NCBI GenBank assembly: GCA_965227295.1
Contig: OZ245742.1
Coordinates: 2,656,001-2,720,000 of the forward strand
Direction of reading: 5' to 3'
Source: Leptonemataceae bacterium
Lineage (GTDB): Bacteria; Spirochaetota; Leptospiria; Leptospirales; Leptonemataceae
Length of the DNA: 64,000 nt
The notes below the pieces were generated by a model. The model made no database searches, was not told the origin of the DNA, and saw only the letters and a list, made by a program, of their open reading frames with translations. This document shows, piece after piece, positions 28,944-38,878 of the stretch. Position 1 is the first letter of the stretch. Every line of letters starts with the position of its first letter. Position numbers and translations under genes: made by a program.

Positions 28944-29424
28944 ATGCATGGCAGTCGACGGCGGTGATCCATTCCTCTGCTGGAATCGTGTCGATAATGC
29001 GCAGGACACAGGTCCTGTAGGTCGCGCCGGTCGCTTCGCCGTTTTCCCAGGCGTCGAAGTCGTTCCACTTCCCGTTGTGCAGGATTGCACAGGGCAGGGG
29101 CGAGGCCGGGTGGTCCGGACCCGCGCGCGTCCAGGTCGGCTGCCACATGGACGCAAAATCGATATCGCGTCGACGGGCGACGTTCACCCATCCGGGGCGA
29201 CCGGAGGTGTTTGCCGCGTCCGAATACCGTGCGTCGTAATTTTCCGGCAGCGGTTCCACCTGGCGCCCGGGTTTCAACTGGAAGAGGCCCCTGGTTTCGA
29301 TTCGCCAGTAGTCCCATTTCGCTTTCGCGTTTTCCGACCCGTCCGCCCCGGGCGCATATACCGAGAACGGGTCCAGACTGGCCGACGGGCGGAGTCCGGT
29401 GACATATACCAGGAAGTGCGCCAT
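28942..29424 (-). CDS. Hypothetical protein inserted between rplI and dnaB
   Basis: 160-aa ORF with KWDYW and C-terminal W.TAVDCH motifs. Confidence 0.65.
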   Translation of the reverse strand: MAHFLVYVTGLRPSASLDPFSVYAPGADGSENAKAKWDYWRIETRGLFQLKPGRQVEPLPENYDARYSDAANTSGRPGWVNVARRRDIDFASMWQPTWTRAGPDHPASPLPCAILHNGKWNDFDAWENGEATGATYRTCVLRIIDTIPAEEWITAVDCHA

Positions 29425-29557
29425 AGACGTGTGCTCGCAGGCTCCGTACGGCTCCGAATCTGTCCGCCGAAAAAAGCTGTATCACGATCGGAGCGGCCGC
29501 ACGCACGAGTGTCCGCGGCCTGCGTCCCGCCTCACTTCTCCTCCCTGTGATCTTTCT

Positions 29558-29588
29558 CCCGGTGTCCTCGGTGTCTCGGTGGTTCAAA
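29558..29588 (-). repeat. Family A arm (CACCGAG variant)
   Basis: Reverse complement TTTGAACCACCGAGACACCGAGGACACCGGG. Confidence 0.7.
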
Positions 29589-29710
29589 CTTGACACCTGT
29601 ACGCCCGCGAGAGCATCTACTTGCTTCCGGTAACACGACATAGTCCGCCATTATCATCCACAAACAAACCACGCCTTACTCGCGCGCGCCGCTCACAGGA
29701 ATCTTCATAC

Positions 29711-31132
29711 ATGTACGACGTAGACCCCGCCGAATACCTCGACCACGGCCCGCCCGAACCCGGCGAGGCGCCCATGCACTTGCCGCACGACGCCGAGGCC
29801 GAGCGGCAGGTCCTCGGTGCGCTCATGGTCCGGCCGGACCTCGTGTTGCAGATCGCCGGCCTGGTTGCGAAAGATGAGTTCTACTTCGAAAGCCATCGCA
29901 TCATCTTCGATGCGATTCTCGAAACCGGACACAAGAGCGCCGGCGAACTCGACGCCGTGCAGATCGTGCAGTACCTCAGCGATCGTTCGCTCCTGGATTC
30001 CGTGGGCGGCGGGCCCTACGTCATGCGCCTGGCCCACGACGTCATGGCCCCGGGCAGCGTAACTTTACATGCGCGCCGGTTAAAGTCTTTCGCGCTCCGC
30101 CGATCGCTCATGCAGGCGGCGAACTCCATCCTGGAAGACGCGTCCCGGCCGTCCGAGGACGAGAACGTTTTTTTACGCAGCGTCGAAGATCGCATCCTCA
30201 AGATCACCAACAGCACGTTCTCGCAGGGGATCGTATCCGTCGCGGAGCTCAAGAACGAGTTCGGCACCTACCTGAAAGGCCTCATCGAAGCCAAAGGCAG
30301 CTTAACCGGATCTCCGACGCACTTTACGGACTTCGACCGGCTCACCTCCGGACTCAAGGGCGGGCAGTTGTTGATCCTCGCCGCGCGTCCCGGCATGGGT
30401 AAAACCACGTTCGCGCTGAACATGGCCGCGAACATGGCGAAGCTGAACAAACACCACGTGCTGGTCTATTCGCTCGAGATGTCCAAAATGGAACTGATCA
30501 TGCGCCTGTTGTGCTCCGAGGCGCAGTTCTCGCACACGGACCTCAAGCGCGGCAACATCGGCTCCCGGGCCCAGGATATTTTGCAGACGATTGAACGCGT
30601 TTGTTCCTGGCCGGTGGACATCGACGACTCCGGCGACCTGGACGTCTGGGAACTGGTCACCCGGGCGCGCAAGTTCAAGGTGGAGCTGGACCAACGCGGC
30701 GAGGGCCTCGGTCTCATAATCGTAGATTACCTGCAGTTAGTGAGCGATCCCGAGGCGCGTAAACACGGCCGCCAGCACGAGGTGGCCACCATCTCCCGAA
30801 CGCTCAAGCAGCTCGCGAAGATGCTCGACGTGCCGGTGCTCGCCCTGTCCCAGATGAACCGCTCGGTGGAACAGCGCCGCGGGGACTCGGCCCGCCCGCA
30901 GCTCTCGGACCTGCGCGAGTCCGGCGCCATTGAACAGGACGCGGACATGGTCATGTTCATTCACCAACCCCAGCAGGGCGAAGCCGAATCCCTGGAAGAC
31001 CTGGAAAACCGCGGCACGGTGGAGATGATCATCGCGAAACACCGCAGCGGTCCCGTGGATTCGTTCCGCCTGGCTTTCCGTCCGGAACTGAACCGCTTCG
31101 ACAACCGTGTCATGGAATCGAGTGATTATTGA
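29711..31132 (+). CDS. dnaB: Replicative DNA helicase
   Basis: EAERQVLGAL, AARPGMGKT, SLEM, VDYLQL, LSQMNR, DLRESGAIEQDAD. Confidence 0.97.
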   Translation: MYDVDPAEYLDHGPPEPGEAPMHLPHDAEAERQVLGALMVRPDLVLQIAGLVAKDEFYFESHRIIFDAILETGHKSAGELDAVQIVQYLSDRSLLDSVGGGPYVMRLAHDVMAPGSVTLHARRLKSFALRRSLMQAANSILEDASRPSEDENVFLRSVEDRILKITNSTFSQGIVSVAELKNEFGTYLKGLIEAKGSLTGSPTHFTDFDRLTSGLKGGQLLILAARPGMGKTTFALNMAANMAKLNKHHVLVYSLEMSKMELIMRLLCSEAQFSHTDLKRGNIGSRAQDILQTIERVCSWPVDIDDSGDLDVWELVTRARKFKVELDQRGEGLGLIIVDYLQLVSDPEARKHGRQHEVATISRTLKQLAKMLDVPVLALSQMNRSVEQRRGDSARPQLSDLRESGAIEQDADMVMFIHQPQQGEAESLEDLENRGTVEMIIAKHRSGPVDSFRLAFRPELNRFDNRVMESSDY

Positions 31133-31175
31133 GATACGCGGCGCACCAGGCCTGGTAACTTCAACTCAGCACAGA

Positions 31176-32264
31176 TTACAGCGGCAGCTCCGGACAGAAC
31201 CACCGCAACATCGCGGGGTTTTCGTCGCGGGGGTAGTTGTGCGAAAGATCGTCCAGTTCGCGATAGGTAATATCGGCGCCGGCTTCCCGCAGCGCGTCCG
31301 CGGCGGCGCGGGCCCGGTCGACGGCGAACATCCAGTCCTGCGCACCGTGGACCATGTAGATGCGCGTGTCCTGGACCGGAGCGTTCACGACGCCGTTCGT
31401 GTTTTGCATGGCGTGCACCGCCGCGGCCACCGGGGCGTAGTGCGTGAACGGCGACTGCTTCACAGTCGATAACAGCATGGCATACGTGCCGCCGTCGGAG
31501 ATGCCCGTGAGCAACAGGTGTTTCGTATCGATGTTCCACTTCGTCGAGATCGAATCCAGCATGCGATTGAGACCGGCGGCGTCCGTGCCGGGCTCGTGCA
31601 ACGACCAGGTGCGATCGCGGGACGTCGGCACGGCCAGGATAAAACCGAACGCCCGGGCATCGCGCAGCCAGGACCACAGAAAATCCGCGCCATGACCGGA
31701 GCCGCCGTGCAGGGCAATGACCAGCGGCCACGACCGATCCGGACGGTAGTACTCCGGAACGTAGACTGAGTAACCGCCGCGCTGCCCGCGTTGATTGCTG
31801 ATGTTCAGGAGTCCGCGCTCGACGTCATCGTCGGGCGTACGGCCGAGGCGCGCGTGTAGTTCCGCATCGTCGCGCCGGGACGGCGTAAGATAGTGGCGGC
31901 TCACCTCGCTGTAGCGACTCGCCAGGGGAAACAGAATATCGTTCGCGCGCGCCACGGGACGCAATGCCTGGAAGGCCTTCAGGATTTCGTGCGGGGGATT
32001 GCGCGCGCCGCGAAAGCGTGAGGCCGCCCCGATCAACTGCGAACCCGCCTGGGTCAGCACGGCCTCGGCGGAATCGCGCGGCGCCTTCGTTGCATCGACG
32101 GCATGCACCGAACTTTCCAGGGCCTGCGCGAAAGGTTCGAGGCGGTCGATGTACTCCGGAATGCGCGGTGGGTCCAGGCGGTCTTGAATTTCGCCGAAGG
32201 TCGTGAGCACGTTGGAAAGATCGTGCCACAACGGTTGGAGATGATCGGGGAGGGCAGTGTGCAT
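31176..32264 (-). CDS. Alpha/beta hydrolase (phospholipase/carboxylesterase-like)
   Basis: PLVIALHGGSG, GISDG nucleophile elbow, HG.QD, LSH. Confidence 0.88.
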   Translation of the reverse strand: MHTALPDHLQPLWHDLSNVLTTFGEIQDRLDPPRIPEYIDRLEPFAQALESSVHAVDATKAPRDSAEAVLTQAGSQLIGAASRFRGARNPPHEILKAFQALRPVARANDILFPLASRYSEVSRHYLTPSRRDDAELHARLGRTPDDDVERGLLNISNQRGQRGGYSVYVPEYYRPDRSWPLVIALHGGSGHGADFLWSWLRDARAFGFILAVPTSRDRTWSLHEPGTDAAGLNRMLDSISTKWNIDTKHLLLTGISDGGTYAMLLSTVKQSPFTHYAPVAAAVHAMQNTNGVVNAPVQDTRIYMVHGAQDWMFAVDRARAAADALREAGADITYRELDDLSHNYPRDENPAMLRWFCPELPL

Positions 32265-32441
32265 GCGTCAAAAGAACGCTGATCCTTCGACTGCATCAAG
32301 GCAAACTCGCTGTAGATTCGCGAGGAAATCCAGTGGCGTGCCATACGGTTTCGTGAAATCCTGTCCGGCCACTTCAGATGCTATCATATTTTACAATCTT
32401 CTGCGTCAATGGCGAAGAACCGTATTTCTGTCACACCCCCC

Positions 32442-32450
32442 TGCTATACT
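32442..32450 (+). promoter_or_regulatory. Extended -10 promoter for radA (probably near-leaderless transcript)
   Basis: TGCTATACT (TGnTATAAT-like) ending 8 nt before the ATG; no Shine-Dalgarno. Confidence 0.5.
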
Positions 32451-32458
32451 GAACCGAC

Positions 32459-33898
32459 ATGAGTAAAAAAAGCAAATCCCGCACCGCCTACGTTTGCACC
32501 GCGTGTCACGAGGAGTTCTCGCGCTGGGCCGGTAAGTGTCCGTCGTGCGAAGCCTGGAACTCCCTGGAAGAACGCACCGCCGCCCCCGCGTTCAGTGGGG
32601 CGCCGGCGTCGTCCGGAAAAACCGGGGTGCGCCTGGAACCCATCGCCCCGCTCTCGCAGATCGCATCCGAAGAAGAACAGCGCATGACGACGGGCATCGC
32701 CGAGCTCGATCTCGTCCTCGGTGGCGGCCTCGTCCCGGGCGCGTTCGTCCTCGTGGGCGGCGAACCCGGCGTCGGCAAATCGACCTTGCTCCTGGAAATC
32801 GCGCGCTCGTTCACCGGCGGCAAACGCAAGTTCTACTACTTTACCGGCGAGGAATCCGTGCAACAGGTCGCCCTGCGCGCGCGACGCATGAGCGTCACCG
32901 GTGAGGCGGCCGGGAGCGGCGACGCCGGCGATCAATTGTTCATTTCGCGTGAGACCGACCTTGACAACATCTGCGCGCGCATCGCCCGGGAGCGCCCGGC
33001 CCTGGCGGCCATCGATTCCATCCAGACCGTGTACGGCGCGCGGCGGGACACGCTGCCCGGAAGCACGGCCCAGCTAAAAGAAGCCGCGTTGATGCTGCTC
33101 GAAACCGCGAAGTCCGCCCGGGTGCCGATCCTCGTTACCGGCCACATCACCAAGGACGGCGCCATCGCCGGGCCGCGCCTGCTCGAACACATGGTGGACA
33201 CGGTACTGTACTTCGAAAGCGATCGGCTGAATCATTACCGCATGCTGCGGGCCGTAAAAAACCGTTTCGGCCCCGTGGGGGAGGCGGCCTTCTTCGAAAT
33301 GGGACACGGCGGCCTGCAAACGCCGGCCGACGGCTTGCGCCCCGCGGCCCACAGTCCCGAGGATTCGGCGCCGGGCCGGCTCTACTCGGCCATGCTTGAG
33401 GGCAGTCGGGCCATCGGTGTGGAGGTCCAGTCCCTGGTCACGCGGTCCCCGTACGGTCCGGCCCGGCGCATCACCGAGGGCCTGGACAACCGGCGCCTCA
33501 TTTTAATTGCCGCGGTCCTGGAGAAGTTCTTGAAAGTCCGGCTGGCTGAATGCGATATCTTTGCGAACCTGGCCGGAGGACTGGATGCCGACGAACCGGC
33601 CCTCGATCTCGCGGTTGCCGCGGCCATCCTTTCGTCTTACCAGGAGACGGTGCCGGGCAGCGTGGGTTGCGTCGGCGAGGTCGGTCTTTCGGGCGAAGTG
33701 CGCCCGGTGGCCCGCCTGGCCGAACGCATCGCCGAACTCGAACGCATCGGTTGCCGTCGAATTCTGGTACCGGCCGGCAGCGAAGATCTGCGCGCGAGCG
33801 TCGGCGGGGTGGAGTTCATTCCGCTGCGCAGCGTCGGGGAACTGGCGGCGTTGCTCGGCGCGACGAATGCAGGCGCGGACGGGAACAGTAAAACATAG
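32459..33898 (+). CDS. radA: DNA repair protein RadA/Sms
   Basis: C4 zinc finger, GEPGVGKST, IDSIQT, KNRFG, Lon-like C-terminus. Confidence 0.97.
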   Translation: MSKKSKSRTAYVCTACHEEFSRWAGKCPSCEAWNSLEERTAAPAFSGAPASSGKTGVRLEPIAPLSQIASEEEQRMTTGIAELDLVLGGGLVPGAFVLVGGEPGVGKSTLLLEIARSFTGGKRKFYYFTGEESVQQVALRARRMSVTGEAAGSGDAGDQLFISRETDLDNICARIARERPALAAIDSIQTVYGARRDTLPGSTAQLKEAALMLLETAKSARVPILVTGHITKDGAIAGPRLLEHMVDTVLYFESDRLNHYRMLRAVKNRFGPVGEAAFFEMGHGGLQTPADGLRPAAHSPEDSAPGRLYSAMLEGSRAIGVEVQSLVTRSPYGPARRITEGLDNRRLILIAAVLEKFLKVRLAECDIFANLAGGLDADEPALDLAVAAAILSSYQETVPGSVGCVGEVGLSGEVRPVARLAERIAELERIGCRRILVPAGSEDLRASVGGVEFIPLRSVGELAALLGATNAGADGNSKT

Positions 33899-33899
33899 T

Positions 33900-34193
33900 A
33901 TGATGATCCGAAACCTACTTCGATTCACGGCCGGCCTGGCCGTTCTCAGCGCACTGCTCTTCACGGGAGTTTCCTGCCGGGCGGACCCCCGGCCGGACGA
34001 CGTGGATCGCATTCGCAAAGATTTTCTGGAACTGCGTTTTCGGGCGCCCCTGGATCCGCGCCTGGAAAACAAGAGCGACCTGGAACTCTTTCGGCTCGTC
34101 TGCGCGAGCCAGAACGTGCAATGCGAGCCCGTGCTGGAAATGCTCAAAGAACAGGACCCGGAATTCTACCAGACCCTGCGGCAGTCGGAGTAG
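33900..34193 (+). CDS. Small lipoprotein
   Basis: Signal peptide with GVS-C lipobox; lies between radA and ctpA. Confidence 0.75.
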   Translation: MMIRNLLRFTAGLAVLSALLFTGVSCRADPRPDDVDRIRKDFLELRFRAPLDPRLENKSDLELFRLVCASQNVQCEPVLEMLKEQDPEFYQTLRQSE

Positions 34194-34211
34194 TCGCATA
34201 AAGTGTAGCCT

Positions 34212-35657
34212 ATGAATCTTAAGAATTTTTTCTCGAAAGTTAAGCCCGGTCGCCGCGGTGAAAGCGGATTTCGCCGGGAGCGCCGGCTGTGGATCGTTCT
34301 GTTGACCGCGAGTCTGGTGGTGAACGTCTTCGCCTTTGCTTCGCCGGCCCTCGCGAACCGGGAATCGTCTCACCGTTACCAGCAAATCTTACAATACCTG
34401 CTCTACTACATGCAGAATCTCTACGTCGAGCCGGTGAGCGAGGAGCGCCTGTTAGAAGGCGCCGTGCGCGGTCTGCTGGCTTCGGCGGACGATCCTTACA
34501 CGCGTTTTCTTAACCGTGATGAACTCAAAGAATTCCTGAGCATGGAAGAGGGGCGACGCGTCGGCATCGGCGTCGAGGTCTCTCTGCAAGACGGCGTGCC
34601 GGTGGTCATCGCGCCCATCGCCGGCGGTCCGGCGGAGAAGGCCGGCATCCAGCCGGGCGATCGCATCCTGAGCGTGGACGGTACGAAGACCGAGGACGTG
34701 CCCTTCGGCAAACTCGTGGAGCTGATCACCGGTCGGCGCGGAACCATCGTGGAGCTGGGCATCGGGCGGCCGGGGGACCCGGAGGATCGCGGCCCGCGTA
34801 AGATTCGCATCACCCGCGATGAATTCGACCTGCGTTACGTGCGCGCCCTGTACTTCGAAGAAGAGCAGATCGGCTATCTACGTTTGTATCACTTCTTCGG
34901 CGAAGAGAGCGGCAGCGTCGAAGAGTTCCGGTCCGCGCTCCAGGACTTCAAGCGCCGGGGCGCCCGGGGCCTGGTCGTCGATCTGCGCTCGAATCCCGGC
35001 GGTCATCTGCGCATGGCCGGTACGCTCACCGGCTACTTTCTCGAAGCCGGCCAGGTCATCGTGCGCGCGAAGGGACGCGGCGAAGATTTGAATACCGAAA
35101 TTCGCGCCGAGGGTGAGACCGGTATCGCCCGCAAGGACTGGCCCATCGTCGTGCTGATCAACGAGGGTTCGGCGTCGGCGTCGGAGATCATGGCCGGCGC
35201 GCTCCAGGACCACGGCCGGGCGAAGCTCGTCGGCGCGCGCAGCTTCGGCAAGGCCTCGGTGCAAAAAGTACTGCGCCCGCTTCCGGGAGACACGGCCGCC
35301 TTAATTACGATTCAGAAGTACTTTACGCCGAATAACCGCGCCATCCACGGCAAGGGCCTCGAGCCGGACATTGCCGTGCCCTCGCTGCGCCCCGACGCAA
35401 AACAGCGCCAGGTGCTCTTCGAACTCGAAGAAGAAAAGTTCTTTGACGACTTCATGAAAAAACACGAGCGCTTTGAGCCGGGTCTCGCCGATCTTTTACG
35501 CGCAGAGTTTGAAAGACGCGGCGTGGAAATTGACCGTGCGCTGTGCACTCTGATTCTCCGGGAGCAGTACGGAACCTACAATCCCGGCGGCCCCGATCCG
35601 GACGCCGATCCGCAACTGGCCCGGGCACTGGCGGAAATTCAGAACGCCGCGCGCTGA
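34212..35657 (+). CDS. ctpA: S41 carboxy-terminal processing protease
   Basis: DPYTRF, PDZ domain, DLRSNPGG, SASASEI, SFGKASVQ. Confidence 0.95.
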   Translation: MNLKNFFSKVKPGRRGESGFRRERRLWIVLLTASLVVNVFAFASPALANRESSHRYQQILQYLLYYMQNLYVEPVSEERLLEGAVRGLLASADDPYTRFLNRDELKEFLSMEEGRRVGIGVEVSLQDGVPVVIAPIAGGPAEKAGIQPGDRILSVDGTKTEDVPFGKLVELITGRRGTIVELGIGRPGDPEDRGPRKIRITRDEFDLRYVRALYFEEEQIGYLRLYHFFGEESGSVEEFRSALQDFKRRGARGLVVDLRSNPGGHLRMAGTLTGYFLEAGQVIVRAKGRGEDLNTEIRAEGETGIARKDWPIVVLINEGSASASEIMAGALQDHGRAKLVGARSFGKASVQKVLRPLPGDTAALITIQKYFTPNNRAIHGKGLEPDIAVPSLRPDAKQRQVLFELEEEKFFDDFMKKHERFEPGLADLLRAEFERRGVEIDRALCTLILREQYGTYNPGGPDPDADPQLARALAEIQNAAR

Positions 35658-35679
35658 GCCGGGAACCGGGGGCAGTGCC

Positions 35680-37251
35680 TTGCGGGAAGATCCTACACAG
35701 CAGCCACGACAGGGAAAGCCCCGCCGCCGCGCTTACCTGGCGTTGCGCATCGGCCTGCTGTACGTCCTTTTGGCCGCGGTCAACATCACGTTCTTCTCGG
35801 TGGTGATCCTTGAAAACCAATCGGACCTCCTGCTGGGCAACTTCAAATACCGCGCTGAGAGCATCGTGAAGTCCGTACTGGACGAAGATGTGGCGGATCT
35901 GCGCTTTCCGGCGCAGCCGCCCGCCCCGGAGTACGAACTCTTGCGCGGCACGCTCGATGCCTACGATGTCCAGCGCTACGTCATCTTCGATACGCAGGGC
36001 CGTGTGCGTGACGCTTACGTCAGCGCGGAGGGCGAAGCACAGACTCCGGCTCCGAATCCCGGGGAACGCGTCGAGGCGGAGCTGCTGGACAAAATCGTGG
36101 AGTTTACAAAAGAAGAGAGCCTCTTTCGATCCCGCTACATCATCGACCTGGACGAAGAACGCTGGTCGCTGGACTTCCTGCTGCCGTTGTCGGGCCGGGG
36201 CGAACGCCTCTTTCTCGCCGCGAACCTGAACGTGCGCACCATGCAGGAGCGCGTGCAGTATCTACAATTTCAGGTGCTGCTCGCCGTCGTCTGGGGTGTG
36301 ATCTTTCATCTGCTGTTTGCGATCTTTGTCTTTCGCTTAATCTTTCGCCGTGTGAACTTACTAAAAGGGGCGAGCCTGCGCATGGCCGGCGGCCGGTTGA
36401 ACAGCCGGGCCGACTGGAATCGCGGCCGCACCGAGGACGAACTGGACGAACTCGGCGACGCCTTCAATTCCATGGCGGCGAACATTCAGGACCAGGTGGA
36501 AACCATCACCGATTTGAACGATCAAATCCAGAACGAACTCGCCATCGGCCAGGAAGTGCAGGAACTTTTTCTCGGCGATGAGGATCTCATCGAAAGTTTG
36601 AAGCCCGCTTTGTTGTACCGGCCGCTGCGCCAGGTCAGCGGCGACGTCTATAAGTACTTCGAGTTCGAGGACGGCAGCCGGGCCGTGTTTTTCGCCGACG
36701 CCTCCGGTCACGGCGTATCCGCGGCGCTGGTGACGACCATCACCCTGCTTTCCCTGGACGAAGTGCTGCGTGAACACCGCGAACCGTGCAAGATCATGGA
36801 AGAGCTCAGCAATCTCATGGCCGTTCGGCTGGACACCACCTTCTTCGCCACGGCGGTGTTCGTGTACTTCGAAGCCGGCGGTGCCGTGCATCTTACGAAT
36901 GCCGGGCACAACGCCCCGTTGATCCTGCCCGCCGACGGCGGCGAGCTGCGGGAGATCAAACCTCACGGCCCGCCCCTGGGTTTCATTGAGGACGCCCCGT
37001 ACAAACAGGAGACGGTTTCCTTAACTTCCAGTGATCGAATCTTTCTCTACACGGACGGACTGACCGAGGCCGCCAACGTCGCCGCAGGGGACGAAAAAGA
37101 ACTTTACGGTATCGAGCGGGTGGAGGCGATCCTGGATCAACGACGCGGGGAAAGCGCGGAAAAAATCATTGAGCACCTGGAACAGGACTTCGACGCCTTC
37201 GCCGGTCACATCACCGACGACGTAACCGTGCTGATCCTGGAGGTACCGTAG
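35680..37251 (+). CDS. HAMP plus SpoIIE/PP2C phosphatase, membrane-bound
   Basis: 2 TM helices, HAMP (DELDELGDAFNSM), VSGDVY, ADASGHGVSAA, NAGH, YTDGLTE, DDVT. Confidence 0.93.
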   Translation: MREDPTQQPRQGKPRRRAYLALRIGLLYVLLAAVNITFFSVVILENQSDLLLGNFKYRAESIVKSVLDEDVADLRFPAQPPAPEYELLRGTLDAYDVQRYVIFDTQGRVRDAYVSAEGEAQTPAPNPGERVEAELLDKIVEFTKEESLFRSRYIIDLDEERWSLDFLLPLSGRGERLFLAANLNVRTMQERVQYLQFQVLLAVVWGVIFHLLFAIFVFRLIFRRVNLLKGASLRMAGGRLNSRADWNRGRTEDELDELGDAFNSMAANIQDQVETITDLNDQIQNELAIGQEVQELFLGDEDLIESLKPALLYRPLRQVSGDVYKYFEFEDGSRAVFFADASGHGVSAALVTTITLLSLDEVLREHREPCKIMEELSNLMAVRLDTTFFATAVFVYFEAGGAVHLTNAGHNAPLILPADGGELREIKPHGPPLGFIEDAPYKQETVSLTSSDRIFLYTDGLTEAANVAAGDEKELYGIERVEAILDQRRGESAEKIIEHLEQDFDAFAGHITDDVTVLILEVP

Positions 37252-37252
37252 C

Positions 37253-38878
37253 ATGGAGCGCGAAGGCCGCTGGTACGCCGGCGCGAGCGGCGGCACGCTG
37301 GCCGTGCTGATCGTGCTGTTGCTCTTTGCGCTTGTCGGCCAGGCCATCATCCAGGTGAAACTCCTGGAACTGCGCGTGCAGGTTTCCCGGGATCGCCTGT
37401 TCAACTACGAGTTGTCCAGCCGGGTGCTCAAGGCGCGTTTTCGCAGCATGATCGGCAGCGCTTCCGCGCGGGAAGACTTTCGTACCGAGGTGGAACGCAA
37501 CGTTCTTGAATCGCGCATTCTCAACGAGGCCAACCCCGAGGAACTGGAAACCGGGGCGATCGTAGACTTCGGAACGGCGGTAATCAATTCCGTACGTTTG
37601 TTGTCGTTGCGTCCGCTGCTGGAATTGCGACAGGGTCAGACCCTGCTCGTGCGTTTGAAGTACGCCTTTTATCTGGAACGCAATCGCCGGTACGGGGCGG
37701 CGGCGGAGCGGTACGCGCAGTTGAGCGAAGACCTGGGGAATTCCCGGGACGACACGGCCGGTTTTGTTCGATTGCACCACGGATTCTGCGAGGCCGTGGC
37801 CGGTCGCCGGGAGCGCGCCCTGGAGATTCTCGAAGGCGTCGAGACGAACTTCCCCGCGACGCACTACGCACAGACCGCCGCGCTCTTGATCCGGATCCTG
37901 CGCGACAACCAGCGTCGCCGCGCCGAGATCGTGGCCGGTGAAGACAGCGCTCTGGAGCGGGCCCGTAAGTTCTATCGATCCAAACTTTACCGCGAAGCCA
38001 TTGACACCTATGCGACGATCCTGCCGGTGGGGGTTCCGCCCTTCGATGAATACCGGTTGTCGCGTTCCTACGAGGAGGCGGGTCGCGTGGAAACCGCGGT
38101 GCGGGGTTACGTTGCCATCGTAGAAAAGGACGAGGATCCGGCCGCGGTTCGAGAAGCTACTCGACGTCTGCTCCTGCTCGGAACGTTTCACGGAGTCGGC
38201 GGCGGGGTCCGTCGTTTTGCCGAAGAATCCGCCGCCCGTCAGGGCGACGACGCCGTACTCGAAGAGATCCGGACGGCCGACCAGGAAATCAAAAGGGCCG
38301 TCGTCGTAGAAGAGATCCGGGAGATTCAGAGCCGGGCGGAGTCAGGCGAAGCGGCGGATGCCGCTGCGCTGGCCGTGCCGGCGCGGGAATTCGAAGCCGA
38401 AGAAATCCGGGAGATTCAGCTGCAAGAAGTACTGCCGGAGTTTGTGCCGGAAGATTCTTCGCCCGAGCAAACGGAACCGACTCCGCGTCGTGACAATCCG
38501 CAGCGAGAAGGATCACCGGATTCCCTGAACGGTGTGCTGCACGTTGAGTTGAACGACGGTCGTCGTGTGAAGGTCGAATCCGCCGCCTTCACCGGCGACG
38601 GTTTCGTAGAATTGCGGGCCCGCTTTCCCGTGCGCGTTCCCGTGACCGTCGTGCGCTCGATTCGCGCGGCCTGGGACGGGCCCGTACCGGCATCCCGGGC
38701 ACCGCGGGCGGAACTCATTCTGCGCAATCGCGATGGTGACCGAATTTCGGGCGGCATCGTAACCTTATCCGAAACCGGCGCCGTCGTCTCCGGCTCCGGT
38801 CGGAACGTAAGATTGGACCTTGCAGACGTACAGGCAATCGAAGTTAGCATGGAAGAAGCTCCGGAGCGAGGCCGGTGA
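37253..38878 (+). CDS. Membrane-anchored TPR protein with two C-terminal Sm-like modules
   Basis: N-terminal TM, helical TPR-like repeats, C-terminal VELNDG and LRNRDGDRISG units. Confidence 0.75.
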   Translation: MEREGRWYAGASGGTLAVLIVLLLFALVGQAIIQVKLLELRVQVSRDRLFNYELSSRVLKARFRSMIGSASAREDFRTEVERNVLESRILNEANPEELETGAIVDFGTAVINSVRLLSLRPLLELRQGQTLLVRLKYAFYLERNRRYGAAAERYAQLSEDLGNSRDDTAGFVRLHHGFCEAVAGRRERALEILEGVETNFPATHYAQTAALLIRILRDNQRRRAEIVAGEDSALERARKFYRSKLYREAIDTYATILPVGVPPFDEYRLSRSYEEAGRVETAVRGYVAIVEKDEDPAAVREATRRLLLLGTFHGVGGGVRRFAEESAARQGDDAVLEEIRTADQEIKRAVVVEEIREIQSRAESGEAADAAALAVPAREFEAEEIREIQLQEVLPEFVPEDSSPEQTEPTPRRDNPQREGSPDSLNGVLHVELNDGRRVKVESAAFTGDGFVELRARFPVRVPVTVVRSIRAAWDGPVPASRAPRAELILRNRDGDRISGGIVTLSETGAVVSGSGRNVRLDLADVQAIEVSMEEAPERGR

